Source: an uncultured Chloroflexia bacterium (GTDB lineage Bacteria > Chloroflexota > Limnocylindria > Limnocylindrales > CSP1-4). Taken from it: DNA of 64,000 bases. The stretch is from the NCBI GenBank assembly GCA_963820735.1, contig CAWGBA010000004.1, positions 266,658 to 330,657 on the forward strand, given 5' to 3'. Shown one piece after another: positions 9,428 through 19,898 of this stretch (positions are counted from its first letter, which is position 1; every line of letters starts with the position of its first letter). Made by a program: the position numbers and the translations under genes. The notes under the pieces are model-generated. The model made no database searches, was not told where the DNA came from, and worked only from the letters and a program-made list of their open reading frames with translations.

Positions 9428-10135
9428 TGGAGGCGCAAGCGGAGCGGACGGCTCGTCATCGTCTCCGCGGGGACGAGCCAGCCGTCGACCACCCGGATGC
9501 TCGCGGACCGCATCGCCCAGGCGAGCCTCGATCTCCTCCGCGAGATGAAGATTCCAGCCACGCTGTCGGCGATCGAGATCGCCCCGCTGGCGGCAGACAT
9601 CGCCGGTGCCGCCGCGACGGGCGTACCGTCCGACGAGCTCAAGACCGCGATCGCCCAAATCGCCGAAGCGGACGCGTTGATCTTCTCGACGCCGGTGTAC
9701 AACGCCGGGCTCAGCGGTCTGTTCAAGACCTTCGTTGACGTGCTCGATGGCGACCTGCTGATCGCCAAGCCCGTCGTCCTCGCCGCCACCGCAGGCAGTG
9801 CCCGCCACGCGCTCGTCGTCGACGAGCAGATGCGCTCGCTGTTCGCCTATCTGCGCGCCCTGACGCTGCCGACGTCCGTGTTCGCGGCGCCGGAGGACTG
9901 GGGATCGCCCGAGCTCGGCGAGCGGATCCGCCGAGTCGCAATCGAGCTCGCGGTGATGCTCGACGCCAGGGTCGAGCAGCGGATCGCCGAGCGTGCGTGG
10001 TCCGGCTACCGGCACGAGTTCGCCGGCAACGCCACCCGCACGCAGCAGACCGCCGCGGACGTCGACTTCGACTCGCCGCTGATGCGACTCGCGGCTGGCG
10101 GCAGCCTCGCAGACGAGCCGCCACCCACGGGCTGA
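9427..10135 (+). CDS. NAD(P)H-dependent FMN reductase, CE1759-like (5' frameshift)
   Basis: VIVSAGTSQPSTTRMLAD...TPVYNAGLSGLFKTFVD...KPVVLAATAGSARH...FAAPEDWG. Confidence 0.88.
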
Positions 10136-10169
10136 CGGCCTCGACGCCCGGCGACGTTGCCCCGTCGCG

Positions 10170-10286
10170 TGGGAGCGGTCTCACTTCCAGCCCAGTTCAG
10201 AGCGCGCGACAAACGGCCCTCAAAAGGGCTTGACAGGTCGTCTATGGTGCCCACGTTGTAAGAGCGCTCTTACAAAGAGAGCGCTC
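10170..10286 (+). promoter_or_regulatory. LacI-family operators and -35 element
   Basis: Perfect palindrome TTGTAAGAGCGCTCTTACAA 10256-10275, GAGAGCGCTC 10277-10286, TGGGAGCGGTCTCA 10170-10183, TTGACA 10230-10235. Confidence 0.8.
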
Positions 10287-10287
10287 G

Positions 10288-11348
10288 ATGCCGGCACGAG
10301 GGAACGCCAGGCACGTGGACCGCAGGGAGGGGGCCACGCTCGAGGAGGTCGCTGCCGCGGCAGGCGTATCGCGTGCGACCGTGTCTCGCGTCGTGAACGG
10401 CCTGGACCGGGTCAGCCCAAAGACGCGACAGTCCGTCCTGCGCGCTGTCGATCGTCTCGGCTACACGCCCAACCGGGTCGCCCGAAGCCTCGCCACCCGT
10501 CGCACCGACTCGGTCGCGCTGGTCATCCCGGAGCCTGCCACCAAGCTCTTCGGCGACCCGTTCTTTCCGCGCCTCGTGGTGGGCATCGGTGAAGTGCTGT
10601 CCGCCGCCGACAAGCAGCTCGTGCTGCTGGCGCCACAGTCCAAGGACGACGAGGACCGGCTCGAGCGCTACCTGCTCGCGGCCCAGGCGGATGGCGTGCT
10701 GCTCGTCAGCCTGCACGGCAACAACCCCTTGCCGGAGCACCTCGCCGCAGCGCGGTGTGCCGCTCGTGGTGGGTGGTCGCCCGCCGGGCCAGGGCATCAG
10801 TTACGTCGACGTCGACAACGTCCAGGGCGCCATGAGCGCAGTGCGCCACCTCTCATGCGTCGGGGCGCCGCCAGATCGCCACGATCACCGGGCCATTGGA
10901 CATGGCCGCCGCGGCCGATCGGCTCGAGGGGTACCGCCGCGCGCTGCGCGAGGCAGGGATCGACCGCGACCCGGGACTCGAGGCTCCAGGGCAGTTCGAG
11001 CAGGACCTTGCGCGCCGGTCGATGGCCGAGCTGCTGGAGCGGCGGCCCGGACTGGACGCCGTCTTCATCGCTTCCGACCTGATGGCCGCCGGTGCGCTGC
11101 AGACCCTGCGACGGGCCGGCCGGCGCGTTCCGGACGACGTCGCCATCGTCGGCTACGACGACTCGCAACTCGCCACTTCCGTCGACCCGCCGCTTTCGAG
11201 CGTGCGGCAGCCAACCGAGGACATGGGTCGGGAGATGGCGCGGCTGTTGCTGACGTCGATCACTGCCCGCCAGCACGTCGCGCGTCGGGTGATCCTCGAC
11301 ACGCAGCTGGTTGTCCGTGGCTCCAGTGGGGGTGATGCCGCTGACTGA
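10288..11348 (+). CDS. LacI family regulator, CelR/CebR-like (frameshifted)
   Basis: TLEEVAAAAGVSRATVSRVVN HTH; DAVFIASDLMA...VPDDVAIVGYDD...PPLSSVRQP. Confidence 0.92.
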
Positions 11349-11469
11349 TGCCCGAGCAGACGCGAAGTTCGCCGGCCAGGCCAGGAACAGGACAGGAGGG
11401 TAGATGCACCGATCCACGAGACGAGGCGGTCCCAGTCATCCGCAACGGGAACCAGAGGAGAGAGGAACT

Positions 11470-12957
11470 ATGCGACAACGATCCCGCCGCCGGCCGCTGA
11501 CGAGTTGGCTGGTCGGCCTTCTCGTCATTGCGTCACTGCTGGCGATCCAGTTGACAGCCGTTACCAACGCCGCAGACCCGACCGCCGGGGCGTCCCCGAC
11601 CGAGCCCCCGCCGCCCACCCCGATCATCACGCCGCTGCCGCAGGGCCAGCCCGGTCCTAACGGCGGCACCGTCGTCGTCTGGTTCATCGGCCTTGGCGCC
11701 GGCACCCAGCCCGTCAACCTCCCGGTGGAGCAGGCGTTCGCGGATGCGTACAACGCATCGCAGAACGACGTCTACCTGTCGCTGAACATCGTCCCGAACA
11801 CGAACGCAGCCGCGGTGCTCAAGACGGAACTCGCCGCCGGTACGGGCCCCGACATCATTGGACCGGTCGGCGTCGAGGGGCTCAACATCTTCCGTGACCA
11901 GCTGCTCGACCTGGCGCCGATCATCGCGTCGACCGGCTACAAGTTCAATGGCGTCTCGGATGACCTGGTCAACTTCTTCAAGCTCGGCCCGAACGGCACC
12001 ACGATCGGTGTCCCGTACGCGGTCTATCCGTCGTTCCTCTTCTATAACAAGGACCTGTTCGACGAGGCCGGGCTGCCGTACCTCCCGACCAAGGTCGGTG
12101 ACCTGTACCAGGGCAAGCCGTGGGACATCGACGCGCTACGCGACGTCTCCATGAAGCTGACCGTCGACAAGAACGGCAACGACGCCACGAGCGCGGACTT
12201 CGATCCCAACAGCATCGTCCAGTGGGGCTTCGACTCGCAGTACCAGGACAACTCCGCTCGTGCGGAGGACGCGTTCTTCGGCGCCGGTCCCTTCCTTGCC
12301 GCCGACGGCAAGACGGCCGTCATTCCGGACTACGTCAAGCAGGGCGAGACGTGGTTCAACGACGGCGTCTGGAAGGACCACTTCATTCCCACGGCCGATG
12401 AGATCAACAGCGACCTCCTCGGCAAGGGCGGCGAGTTCGGCTCCGGCAACCTGGCAATCGACGAAGGCCACACCTGGTTCACCTGCTGCGTCGCGCCGCC
12501 GGCCGGCACCAAGCAGTTCAACTTCGGCTTTGCCATCAACCCGCTCGTCAACGGCACGATCACGTCGCCGTTGCACGCGGACACGTTCAGCATCCTCAAC
12601 TCGTCCAAGGTGCCGGACAAGGCCTTCCAGGCGTTGACCGCCATGATCGCCTCGCCGGAGCTGCTGACGACCTACGGCGCCATGCCGGCAGATCAGACCA
12701 AGCAGCAGGCCTGGTTCGACTCGATCAACGCCCAGTTCCCCGGCATCACCCTGGATTGGTCCATCCCGCAGGCCATGCTGGCCTACCCGGACGTGCCCAA
12801 CCATCAGTCATGGCTGCCGAACTACGCCGAGGCGAAGGCGGCATTCCAGGCGTTCCAGAACAAGTACCGCACCACATCCGGGCTCGACATCAACGCCGAG
12901 CTCGCCACCCTCCAGCAGACCCTCCAGGGCATCTTCGACAAGCCCGAAGCTCCCTAG
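11470..12957 (+). CDS. Carbohydrate ABC transporter substrate-binding protein 1
   Basis: Signal peptide, GPDIIGPVG, GVPYAVYPSFLFYNKDLFDEAGL; SD AGAGGA. Confidence 0.9.
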   Translation: MRQRSRRRPLTSWLVGLLVIASLLAIQLTAVTNAADPTAGASPTEPPPPTPIITPLPQGQPGPNGGTVVVWFIGLGAGTQPVNLPVEQAFADAYNASQNDVYLSLNIVPNTNAAAVLKTELAAGTGPDIIGPVGVEGLNIFRDQLLDLAPIIASTGYKFNGVSDDLVNFFKLGPNGTTIGVPYAVYPSFLFYNKDLFDEAGLPYLPTKVGDLYQGKPWDIDALRDVSMKLTVDKNGNDATSADFDPNSIVQWGFDSQYQDNSARAEDAFFGAGPFLAADGKTAVIPDYVKQGETWFNDGVWKDHFIPTADEINSDLLGKGGEFGSGNLAIDEGHTWFTCCVAPPAGTKQFNFGFAINPLVNGTITSPLHADTFSILNSSKVPDKAFQALTAMIASPELLTTYGAMPADQTKQQAWFDSINAQFPGITLDWSIPQAMLAYPDVPNHQSWLPNYAEAKAAFQAFQNKYRTTSGLDINAELATLQQTLQGIFDKPEAP

Positions 12958-12974
12958 AGACCCCGCCGAATTCG

Positions 12975-13003
12975 ATCCCCCCGGGCGCCTCGCTCGGGGG
13001 GAT
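12975..13003 (+). terminator. Intercistronic stem-loop after the SBP gene
   Basis: ATCCCCCCGGGCG-CCT-CGCTCGGGGGGAT. Confidence 0.55.
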
Positions 13004-13039
13004 GATTTCTGTCACCGAGCAGCAGGAGCGCCCGAGGGT

Positions 13040-13996
13040 ATGGCTGGGACCGCGAACATCGTCGCCGCCGCTCCGCACCCCCATCGCCGCTTGCAAATGA
13101 CGCCGTCACGCCGAGAAGCGGCCTGGGGCTACGGCTTCATCGGCCTCTGGCTGATCGGCTTCGTGATCTTCACGGCGGGACCGCTGCTCATCTCCTTCAT
13201 CGTTTCGTTCACCAACTTCGACCTGGGACACCCGGAGACCTGGTCCTTCGTTGGCCTGGACAATTACAGGCTGGCGTTCAACGACCCGAATGTGCGCCAG
13301 GGCCTGCTCGTGACCTTCAAGTTCGGGTTGATCTCGATTCCGCTGACGATGGGCGCGAGCCTTGGCGTGGCGCTGCTGGTCAACCATCAGAACCTGACCG
13401 GCCGGCCGCTGTTCCGCACGCTCTTCTTCATGCCCATCCAGATACCGCTGGTGGCTGGAACCCTTGTCTGGCTCGGCTTCCTCAACACCAACACGGGTTG
13501 GCTGAACGGGCTCTTGGGCATGTTCGGCATCAAGGGGCCGGACTGGATCAACAGCGACCCCTGGATCCTTGCCTCGCTCTCGCTGATTGGCCTGTGGGCC
13601 ATCGGCAACTTCATGATCATCAACATCGCCGGGCTTCAATCCGTGCCGACGGAAATGTATGAAGCCGCAAAAATCGACGGCGCCAGCGGATGGAAGGCAT
13701 TCCGCCGGATCACGATCCCGCTCATGTCACCGGTGTTGCTGTATGACCTGGTCATCTCGCTGATCGGTGCGTCACAGTACTTCACCCAAGCGTACGTGCT
13801 GAGCAATGGCCGCGGCGACCCCAACAACGCGACGCTCTTCATCAACCTTGATCTCTATCGCGAAGCGTTCAGCTACAACCATATGGGGTATGCGTCCGCG
13901 ATCGCATGGATCCTCTTTGCGATCGTCCTCGTCATCGCCCTGATCATCTTCGCCTATGCCCGTGACCGGGTGTACTACGCCGGCGCGGACCGATGA
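13040..13996 (+). CDS. Sugar ABC permease (MalF-like)
   Basis: EAA loop MYEAAKIDGASGWKAFRRITIPL; MGYASAIAW. Confidence 0.93.
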   Translation: MAGTANIVAAAPHPHRRLQMTPSRREAAWGYGFIGLWLIGFVIFTAGPLLISFIVSFTNFDLGHPETWSFVGLDNYRLAFNDPNVRQGLLVTFKFGLISIPLTMGASLGVALLVNHQNLTGRPLFRTLFFMPIQIPLVAGTLVWLGFLNTNTGWLNGLLGMFGIKGPDWINSDPWILASLSLIGLWAIGNFMIINIAGLQSVPTEMYEAAKIDGASGWKAFRRITIPLMSPVLLYDLVISLIGASQYFTQAYVLSNGRGDPNNATLFINLDLYREAFSYNHMGYASAIAWILFAIVLVIALIIFAYARDRVYYAGADR

Positions 13997-15081
13997 CGGC
14001 CGAATCGGCGAACACGCAACTGCGCTCTTGGTCAGACCGCAGCCCGGTCGGCCGGATCTACAAGCGATACATCGGCAAGGCGCTGCTGACGCTCTTTGCG
14101 ACGCTGCTGATCATCGCGTTCCTGCTGCCGCTGCTGTACATGCTGGCCCAGTCATTCGAGTCGCCCAGCCAGTCGGTCACGCCCGGCGCGCCGGCGTATC
14201 CCGCCGCTCCCTCAACGGGAACGTACCAGGGCGAGACCTACCCGATCTACGCCGTGCCGATGCCCGACGGTTCGACGCGCGACCTGATGCTGGTCAAGAA
14301 GGGCCGCGAGTCGAGCGTCTTCGTCGATCCGTCGGATTCAACCGCGACCGAGATCACCTGGCAGGGGCGCTGGCGGACGCTCAGCCAGGCGTGGCAATTC
14401 GCACCGACCCTGGATAACTTCTTCGCCGTTTGGCAACAGCTGAATTTTCCACGGCTGTTGTTCAACACTGCCACAGTCGCGATCCTGAGCACCATCGCCG
14501 CCGTGTTCTCGGCGACCCTCGTCGCCTACGGTTTTGCGCGCTTCCGGTTCCCGGGCCGCAACATCCTCTTCGTGATCCTGCTGGCGACGATCATCCTGCC
14601 GTTCCAGGTCACGCTCATCCCGACGTACATCATCTTCACGCGGCTCGGCTGGAACGGAACCTGGCTACCGCTGATCATTCCGCACCTGTTCGCAAACGCG
14701 TTCAACGTGTTCCTGCTGCGCCAATACTTCATGTCCATCCCGCGCGACCTCGATGAGGCGGCAATGATGGACGGCGCAGGCCCGGTGCGGATCCTGCGAT
14801 CGGTGATCGTGCCACTGTCCATTCCCGCGATCGTGGCCGTGTCGTTGTTCCACTTCTTCTTCTCGTGGAACGATTTCTTCGTTCCCCTGCTGTACCTGTC
14901 GTCAAAGCCGGAGCTGCAGACGCTGCCGATCGCCATCCAGCAGTTCAACGCGCTCTACGTGGCCAAGCCCAACCTGATCCAGGCGTCGGCATTGATGACG
15001 ATGGCCGTACCGGTGATCGTCTTCTTCCTGGCGCAGCGCGCGTTCATGCGCGGCATCGTCGTCACGGGCGTGGAGAAGTAG
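13993..15081 (+). CDS. Sugar ABC permease (MalG-like)
   Basis: AYGFARFRFPGR; LRQYFMSIPRDLDEAAMMDGA. Confidence 0.93.
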   Translation: MTAESANTQLRSWSDRSPVGRIYKRYIGKALLTLFATLLIIAFLLPLLYMLAQSFESPSQSVTPGAPAYPAAPSTGTYQGETYPIYAVPMPDGSTRDLMLVKKGRESSVFVDPSDSTATEITWQGRWRTLSQAWQFAPTLDNFFAVWQQLNFPRLLFNTATVAILSTIAAVFSATLVAYGFARFRFPGRNILFVILLATIILPFQVTLIPTYIIFTRLGWNGTWLPLIIPHLFANAFNVFLLRQYFMSIPRDLDEAAMMDGAGPVRILRSVIVPLSIPAIVAVSLFHFFFSWNDFFVPLLYLSSKPELQTLPIAIQQFNALYVAKPNLIQASALMTMAVPVIVFFLAQRAFMRGIVVTGVEK

Positions 15082-15101
15082 CCCGACCGCCGCGGACTGA
15101 C

Positions 15102-16393
15102 TCAGCCGGCTGAGGCGCCCCGAAAGAACCGCGGCAGGTATTGGCGGTTGGCGTCGAGCAGCGCGTCCAGGACCGGCTTCGCGGCAGTCCAGCGGCTCAC
15201 CAGCGGATTGGCCAGGAGTGCGCGGAGTGCCGTGTCTCGATCGCCCGAACGAGCCGCTGCGATGGTCAGCTCCTCGTAGGCACGCATGGCATCGACCAGG
15301 CCGTGCATCTCCGGCGCCAGCGGCTCGAGCCGGAGCGGCTCCGCGCCGTCACGCGTGATCGTCGCCGGCACCTCGACGACGGCGTCGTCTGGCAGGTCCG
15401 GCAGCGCGCCGCGGTTGAACGTGTCGACAACCTGGACATCGCCGAGCCCGTCGTGGAGTGACGCGATCAGCTGGGCGGCCGCCTCGCTGTAGAAGGCACC
15501 GCCGCGGTGCTCGAGCAGCTCTGGCTTGGTGTCCAGGTCCGGATCCTTGTAGAGCTCCAGCAGCTCGCCGCTCGATGTCCATGACGTCCTGCGCCCGCGT
15601 GTGCCCCTCGAGCTGCTCACGGAGCACGACGTCGGTCAGGTAGTAGTAGCGCAGGTAGTAGGACGGGAGCGCCCGGATCGCGCGCACGAGGTCGCCCGGA
15701 ACGCCGACCATCTCGCCCAGCGCGTCGGCGTCGGTGTCGATCAGCTCCGGCCAGGCGGTCGACGCCGTCCACGCGCACGGCGCGCTCCCAGGAGAGGTGG
15801 TTGAGCCCGACGTGCTCCAGCTCGAACCTGCTCCGGCGTGACGCCGAACTGCACGGCGAAGCGCCGCTGCAGGCCGATGGCGACGTTGCACAGGCCGATC
15901 GCGCGATGGCCGTCGTCGAGCAGCGCGCGTGGTGACGATGCCCACGGGGTTGGTGAAGTCGACGATCCAGGCATCAGGCGCGGCGCGACGAGCGACCTCT
16001 TCGGCCAGGTCCAGCACGACGGGCACGGTCCGGAGCGCCTTGGCGAAGCCACCGGGCCCGGTCGTCTCCTGGCCGATCAGCGCCGAATTGGTGCGGCAGC
16101 GTCTCGTCGACGAGGCGTGCCGGCCTGCCCGCCGACACGGAGCTGCACGAGCACGAAGTTGGCGCCGTCGAGCGCCGACGAACGGTCGCCCGTGACCGAG
16201 AGCTGCCCGTCCCAGCCGTCGCGCCGCAGCATCCGGCGAGCCAGATCGCCCACGATCTCGCGCCGTTCCGGGTCGATGTCGTAGAGGACCAGCTCGTCCA
16301 CCGTCGAGCCGCGTCGAGCGCCGCGCGATGCCGTCGACGAGCTCGGGCGTGTAGGTGCTGCCCCCGCCCACGACGGCGATCTTCAAGCGGCAT
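15102..16393 (-). CDS. 6-phospho-beta-glucosidase, GH4 (frameshifted)
   Basis: KIAVVGGGSTYTPEL, QLRVGG, GQETTGPGGFAKALRT, DFTNPVGIV, GLCNV, RGGAFYSEAA. Confidence 0.92.
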
Positions 16394-16419
16394 GCGTCCC
16401 GGCGCTCCTCGTTTGCGGC

Positions 16420-16470
16420 TTGACACGATGGATCTGGATTGCTTATAAGCGTATGAGCAATCGCGGTCAA
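16420..16470. promoter_or_regulatory. Divergent sigma70 promoters sharing a palindromic -10
   Basis: + strand TTGACA(16420)-N18-TATAAG; - strand TTGACC(16470)-N17-TATAAG; both -10s lie within GCTTATAAGC 16441-16450. Confidence 0.65.
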
Positions 16471-16505
16471 GACCCACGGACGACGGAATCGCTGGACAGA
16501 GGAGA

Positions 16506-17381
16506 GTGCGTGGCTGGCTCCGATTCCGCCTCGAGCTCGGCCCGATCCCGTACTACCACCAGGTCTACCTCGACCTGCGCCAGCTGATCGACGGCGGGTC
16601 CTGGCCGGCAGGCCATCGTGTGCCGCCGGAGCGCGAGCTCGCGCGCCAGTACGGCGTCAGCGTCATCACCGTCCGTCGCGCCCTGGATGAGCTCGCCCGC
16701 GAGCAGCGCCTGGAGCGAACGCGCGGCCGTGGCACGTTCGTGCTGCCGTCGCGCATCGACCGCAAGCTCGACGAGCCGATGACCTTCACCGAGGAAATGG
16801 CAACTCGTGGCCACGACCCCGGGACGCGCCTCGTCTCCGCACGTCCGGAGCCGGCCGGTGAGAGCGTCGCGCGACAGCTCGCGCTGGAGCCCGGCTCTCC
16901 CACGCTGTTCCTTGAGCGGCTGCGCCTGGCCGACGGAGACCCGCTGCTGCTCGAGCAGGTCCATCTCCCCGCGGAGCGGTTCCCAGGGCTGCTGGCCAGC
17001 GACCTCGAGCACGACTCGCTCTACCGGCTTCTCACCGAGCGCTACGGCACGCACATCCGGCGTGCCCGCGAGACCTTCGAGCCCGTGCTCCTGCGCACGC
17101 GCGAGGCGGCACTGCTCGGGACGCGACCGCGCGTCCCGGCGCTACTGGTCGAAGGAGTCGCGTTCTCGGACGACGGTTCGCCTGTCGAGTTCAGCCGCAC
17201 CTATGTCCGCGGCGACCGCACCCGCTACTCCGTCGAACGCATCGTCTCCGACGAGCCGTCGCGCGACCAGACGGTCACGCCTCGCCGGCCAATCGGTGCG
17301 CTGACGACGGTTGCCACGAACCGCGCGCTCGGCCATTCGCCGCGTGCCAAAAGGGAGGAGGTCGAGCCATCACGTTCCTGA
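16506..17381 (+). CDS. GntR/HutC family regulator with UTRA domain
   Basis: PYYHQVY...PPERELARQYGVSVITVRRAL...RGRGTFV; UTRA RLRLADGDP...VEFSRTYVRGDR. Confidence 0.92.
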   Translation: MRGWLRFRLELGPIPYYHQVYLDLRQLIDGGSWPAGHRVPPERELARQYGVSVITVRRALDELAREQRLERTRGRGTFVLPSRIDRKLDEPMTFTEEMATRGHDPGTRLVSARPEPAGESVARQLALEPGSPTLFLERLRLADGDPLLLEQVHLPAERFPGLLASDLEHDSLYRLLTERYGTHIRRARETFEPVLLRTREAALLGTRPRVPALLVEGVAFSDDGSPVEFSRTYVRGDRTRYSVERIVSDEPSRDQTVTPRRPIGALTTVATNRALGHSPRAKREEVEPSRS

Positions 17382-17421
17382 TCGCATCGCAGGCAGTCCC
17401 GCAAGCGACACGAGGTGAAGC

Positions 17422-18943
17422 ATGAAGTCACGTCTGGTCCGGCCCGCGGCAGTTTCCGTCGCGGTGGTCATTGCGGCACTCGCCGCCGCCGTTCCTCTGC
17501 AGGCGGCGTCGCCTGCTCGAACCATCGGGCAGTCGCCCTCAGAGGCGGCGCCATCAGCGACGCCCGTTCCTACGCCCGTGATCGTCGGCCCGCAGAAGCA
17601 AGGCGCGACCGTCATCCGCTGGTACTGCTGCCTCGGTGCCGGTGACGCACCGGAGCAGGTCGCGGTCGAGAAGCAGATGATCGATCAGTTCAACGCCGCG
17701 CACGACGACATCCAGATCGCCGGCGAGTTCGTCGATCTACGCCCAGGCTTACGACACGCTGGCGACCGAGATCGCGGGTGGCAACCCGCCCGACATCATC
17801 GGCCCCGTCGGCTTCGGCGGCGCCAATGCGTTCGCCGGCCATTGGCTCGACCTTGCTCCGTACATCCAGAAATACAACTTCGACACGAGCCAGTTCGAGA
17901 GCTCGACGATCGACTTCTTCAAGGTCGGCGACCACCAGGAAGGCCTTCCCTTCGCGATCTACCCGTCGGAGCTGTACTACCAGCGCGGCGCGTTCGCGGA
18001 GATCGGCATCAACGAGCCGCCGCACAAGTACGGCGACCAGTACGTGGCAACCGGACCGGCGGCGACCGCGCTCGGTGTCGCCGATGGCGCGTCCGTGCCG
18101 TGGGATTACGACACCGCGCGCACGATTGCAATGCTGCTGACCGTCGATACCAACAACCTCGACGCGACGCAGGACGGATTCGACCCGACCAAGATCGCGC
18201 AGTACGGCTTCGAGCAGCAGCGCGATGACCTGCGGGGCCTCGGCGCGTACTGGGGCGCGGGCAAGCTCGTCGCCGACGATGGCAAGACCGCCCAGGTTCC
18301 GCCCCAGTGGGCGGCCGCATGGAAGTGGTACTACGACGGCATGTGGAAGGACCACTTCATCATGGATGGCTCGCACTTCAACGACCAGAACGTCTGGAAC
18401 CCTGACGGCGTCCCGTTCTGTGACGGCAAGGTCGCCATGGCGGAGAACTTCCTCTGGTCCACGTACTGCATGGCGGGCGCCGGCGATAACTGGGACATTG
18501 CTGCCGTCCCCGCCTACAACGGCACGCAGACGGCTGCCTTCAACGCCGACACCTTCCGAATCTGGAAGGACACCAAGAACCCGGACGCGGCCTTCCAGGT
18601 GCTGACCTACCTGCTGACCGACGCGGCCGGACCCCTGACCCAGGTGTACGGGGCCATGCCGGCCCGCGAGGAACTGCGGCAGTCGTTCTTCGACACGCTC
18701 TCGTCCGGCTTCACGACACAGCAACCGATCGACTGGCAGGTCGCAATCGATGGCATCGACCACGCCGATGTGCCCAACTTCGAGTCGCCGTTGCCCAGCA
18801 ACTCGGAGGGTGAAAACACCTACAACGAGTCGGTCAGTGCGATCAACACGTACGCCACGCGCTGGGACACGACGCAGGGCCTGAACATGGACGACCAGAT
18901 CGCGGCCATGCAGGCGGACCTGCAGAAGATCTGGAACAAGTAG
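17422..18943 (+). CDS. Carbohydrate ABC substrate-binding protein 2 (frameshift near 17737)
   Basis: Paralogue of 11470: GNPPDIIGPVG, PFAIYPS, GMWKDHFI, ADTFRI, YGAMPA, DVPN. Confidence 0.88.
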
Positions 18944-18962
18944 TCAGGCAGGGTTCGCGGGA

Positions 18963-19898
18963 ATGACCAGTTTCTCGCTCCCGCGGCCCCGCAAGCTCAA
19001 GCCCCTGGAGCGCCGTGAGGCGCTCTGGGGGCTGCTCTTCATCTCGCCGTGGCTGATCGGCTTCGTGCTGTTCACGTTCCTGCCGACGCTGGCGACGCTG
19101 ATCTTCTCGTTCACGAACCTGAACCTGGCTTCGAGCGCCCCGTTCGGGTTCGTCGGCCTCAAGAACTACCAGGACCTGCTGACGGACCCCCAGGTCTGGG
19201 CCTCGCTGACGGTCACGTTCACGTTCGCCGGGCTGTGGCTGCCGGTGACGCTGATCGTGCCGTTCCTGGTCGCGATGATGCTCAACAGCCGCCACCTGCG
19301 CGCCTCGAGCTTCTTCCGGGTGCTGATCTTCCTGCCGTACGTGGTGCCCTTCGTGGCAGGCGTGCTGATTTGGCAGAACACCCTGCTGCCCGACACTGGC
19401 TGGCTGAATGAGGCGCTGCGCGCGCTGGGCTGGTCCAACCCACCCGACTGGCTCAACAACCCGACATGGATCTATCCGGGCCTCGTGCTCGTTGGCGTCT
19501 GGGGAATCGGCGGCGCCGTGATCGTCAACCTCGCGGGTCTGCGCTCCGTACCGAGCGAGCTGTATGACGCCGCACGGATCGACGGCGCCGGCTGGTGGGG
19601 GCAGATGCGCCACGTGACGCTGCCGATGATGTCGCCGGTCATCTTCTACTCGCTCACGTTGGGCGTGGTCGAGGTGATGCAGTACTTCCTCGTGCCGTTC
19701 GTGCTCAAGAACGGAACCGGGGAGCCGGGAGGCACGACCTACTTCCTCAACCTCTACATCTACAAGAGCTTCTTCACGTTCCAGCACATGTCGTACGGCG
19801 CCACGTTGGCGTGGCTCCTCTTCCTTGTCACGTTGATCATCACGGTTGGGCTGTTCGCCTCCGCGCGAAAGTGGGTCTACTACGCGGGTGAGCGCTGA
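18963..19898 (+). CDS. Sugar ABC permease (MalF-like)
   Basis: LYDAARIDGAGWWGQMRHVTLPMMSP. Confidence 0.93.
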   Translation: MTSFSLPRPRKLKPLERREALWGLLFISPWLIGFVLFTFLPTLATLIFSFTNLNLASSAPFGFVGLKNYQDLLTDPQVWASLTVTFTFAGLWLPVTLIVPFLVAMMLNSRHLRASSFFRVLIFLPYVVPFVAGVLIWQNTLLPDTGWLNEALRALGWSNPPDWLNNPTWIYPGLVLVGVWGIGGAVIVNLAGLRSVPSELYDAARIDGAGWWGQMRHVTLPMMSPVIFYSLTLGVVEVMQYFLVPFVLKNGTGEPGGTTYFLNLYIYKSFFTFQHMSYGATLAWLLFLVTLIITVGLFASARKWVYYAGER

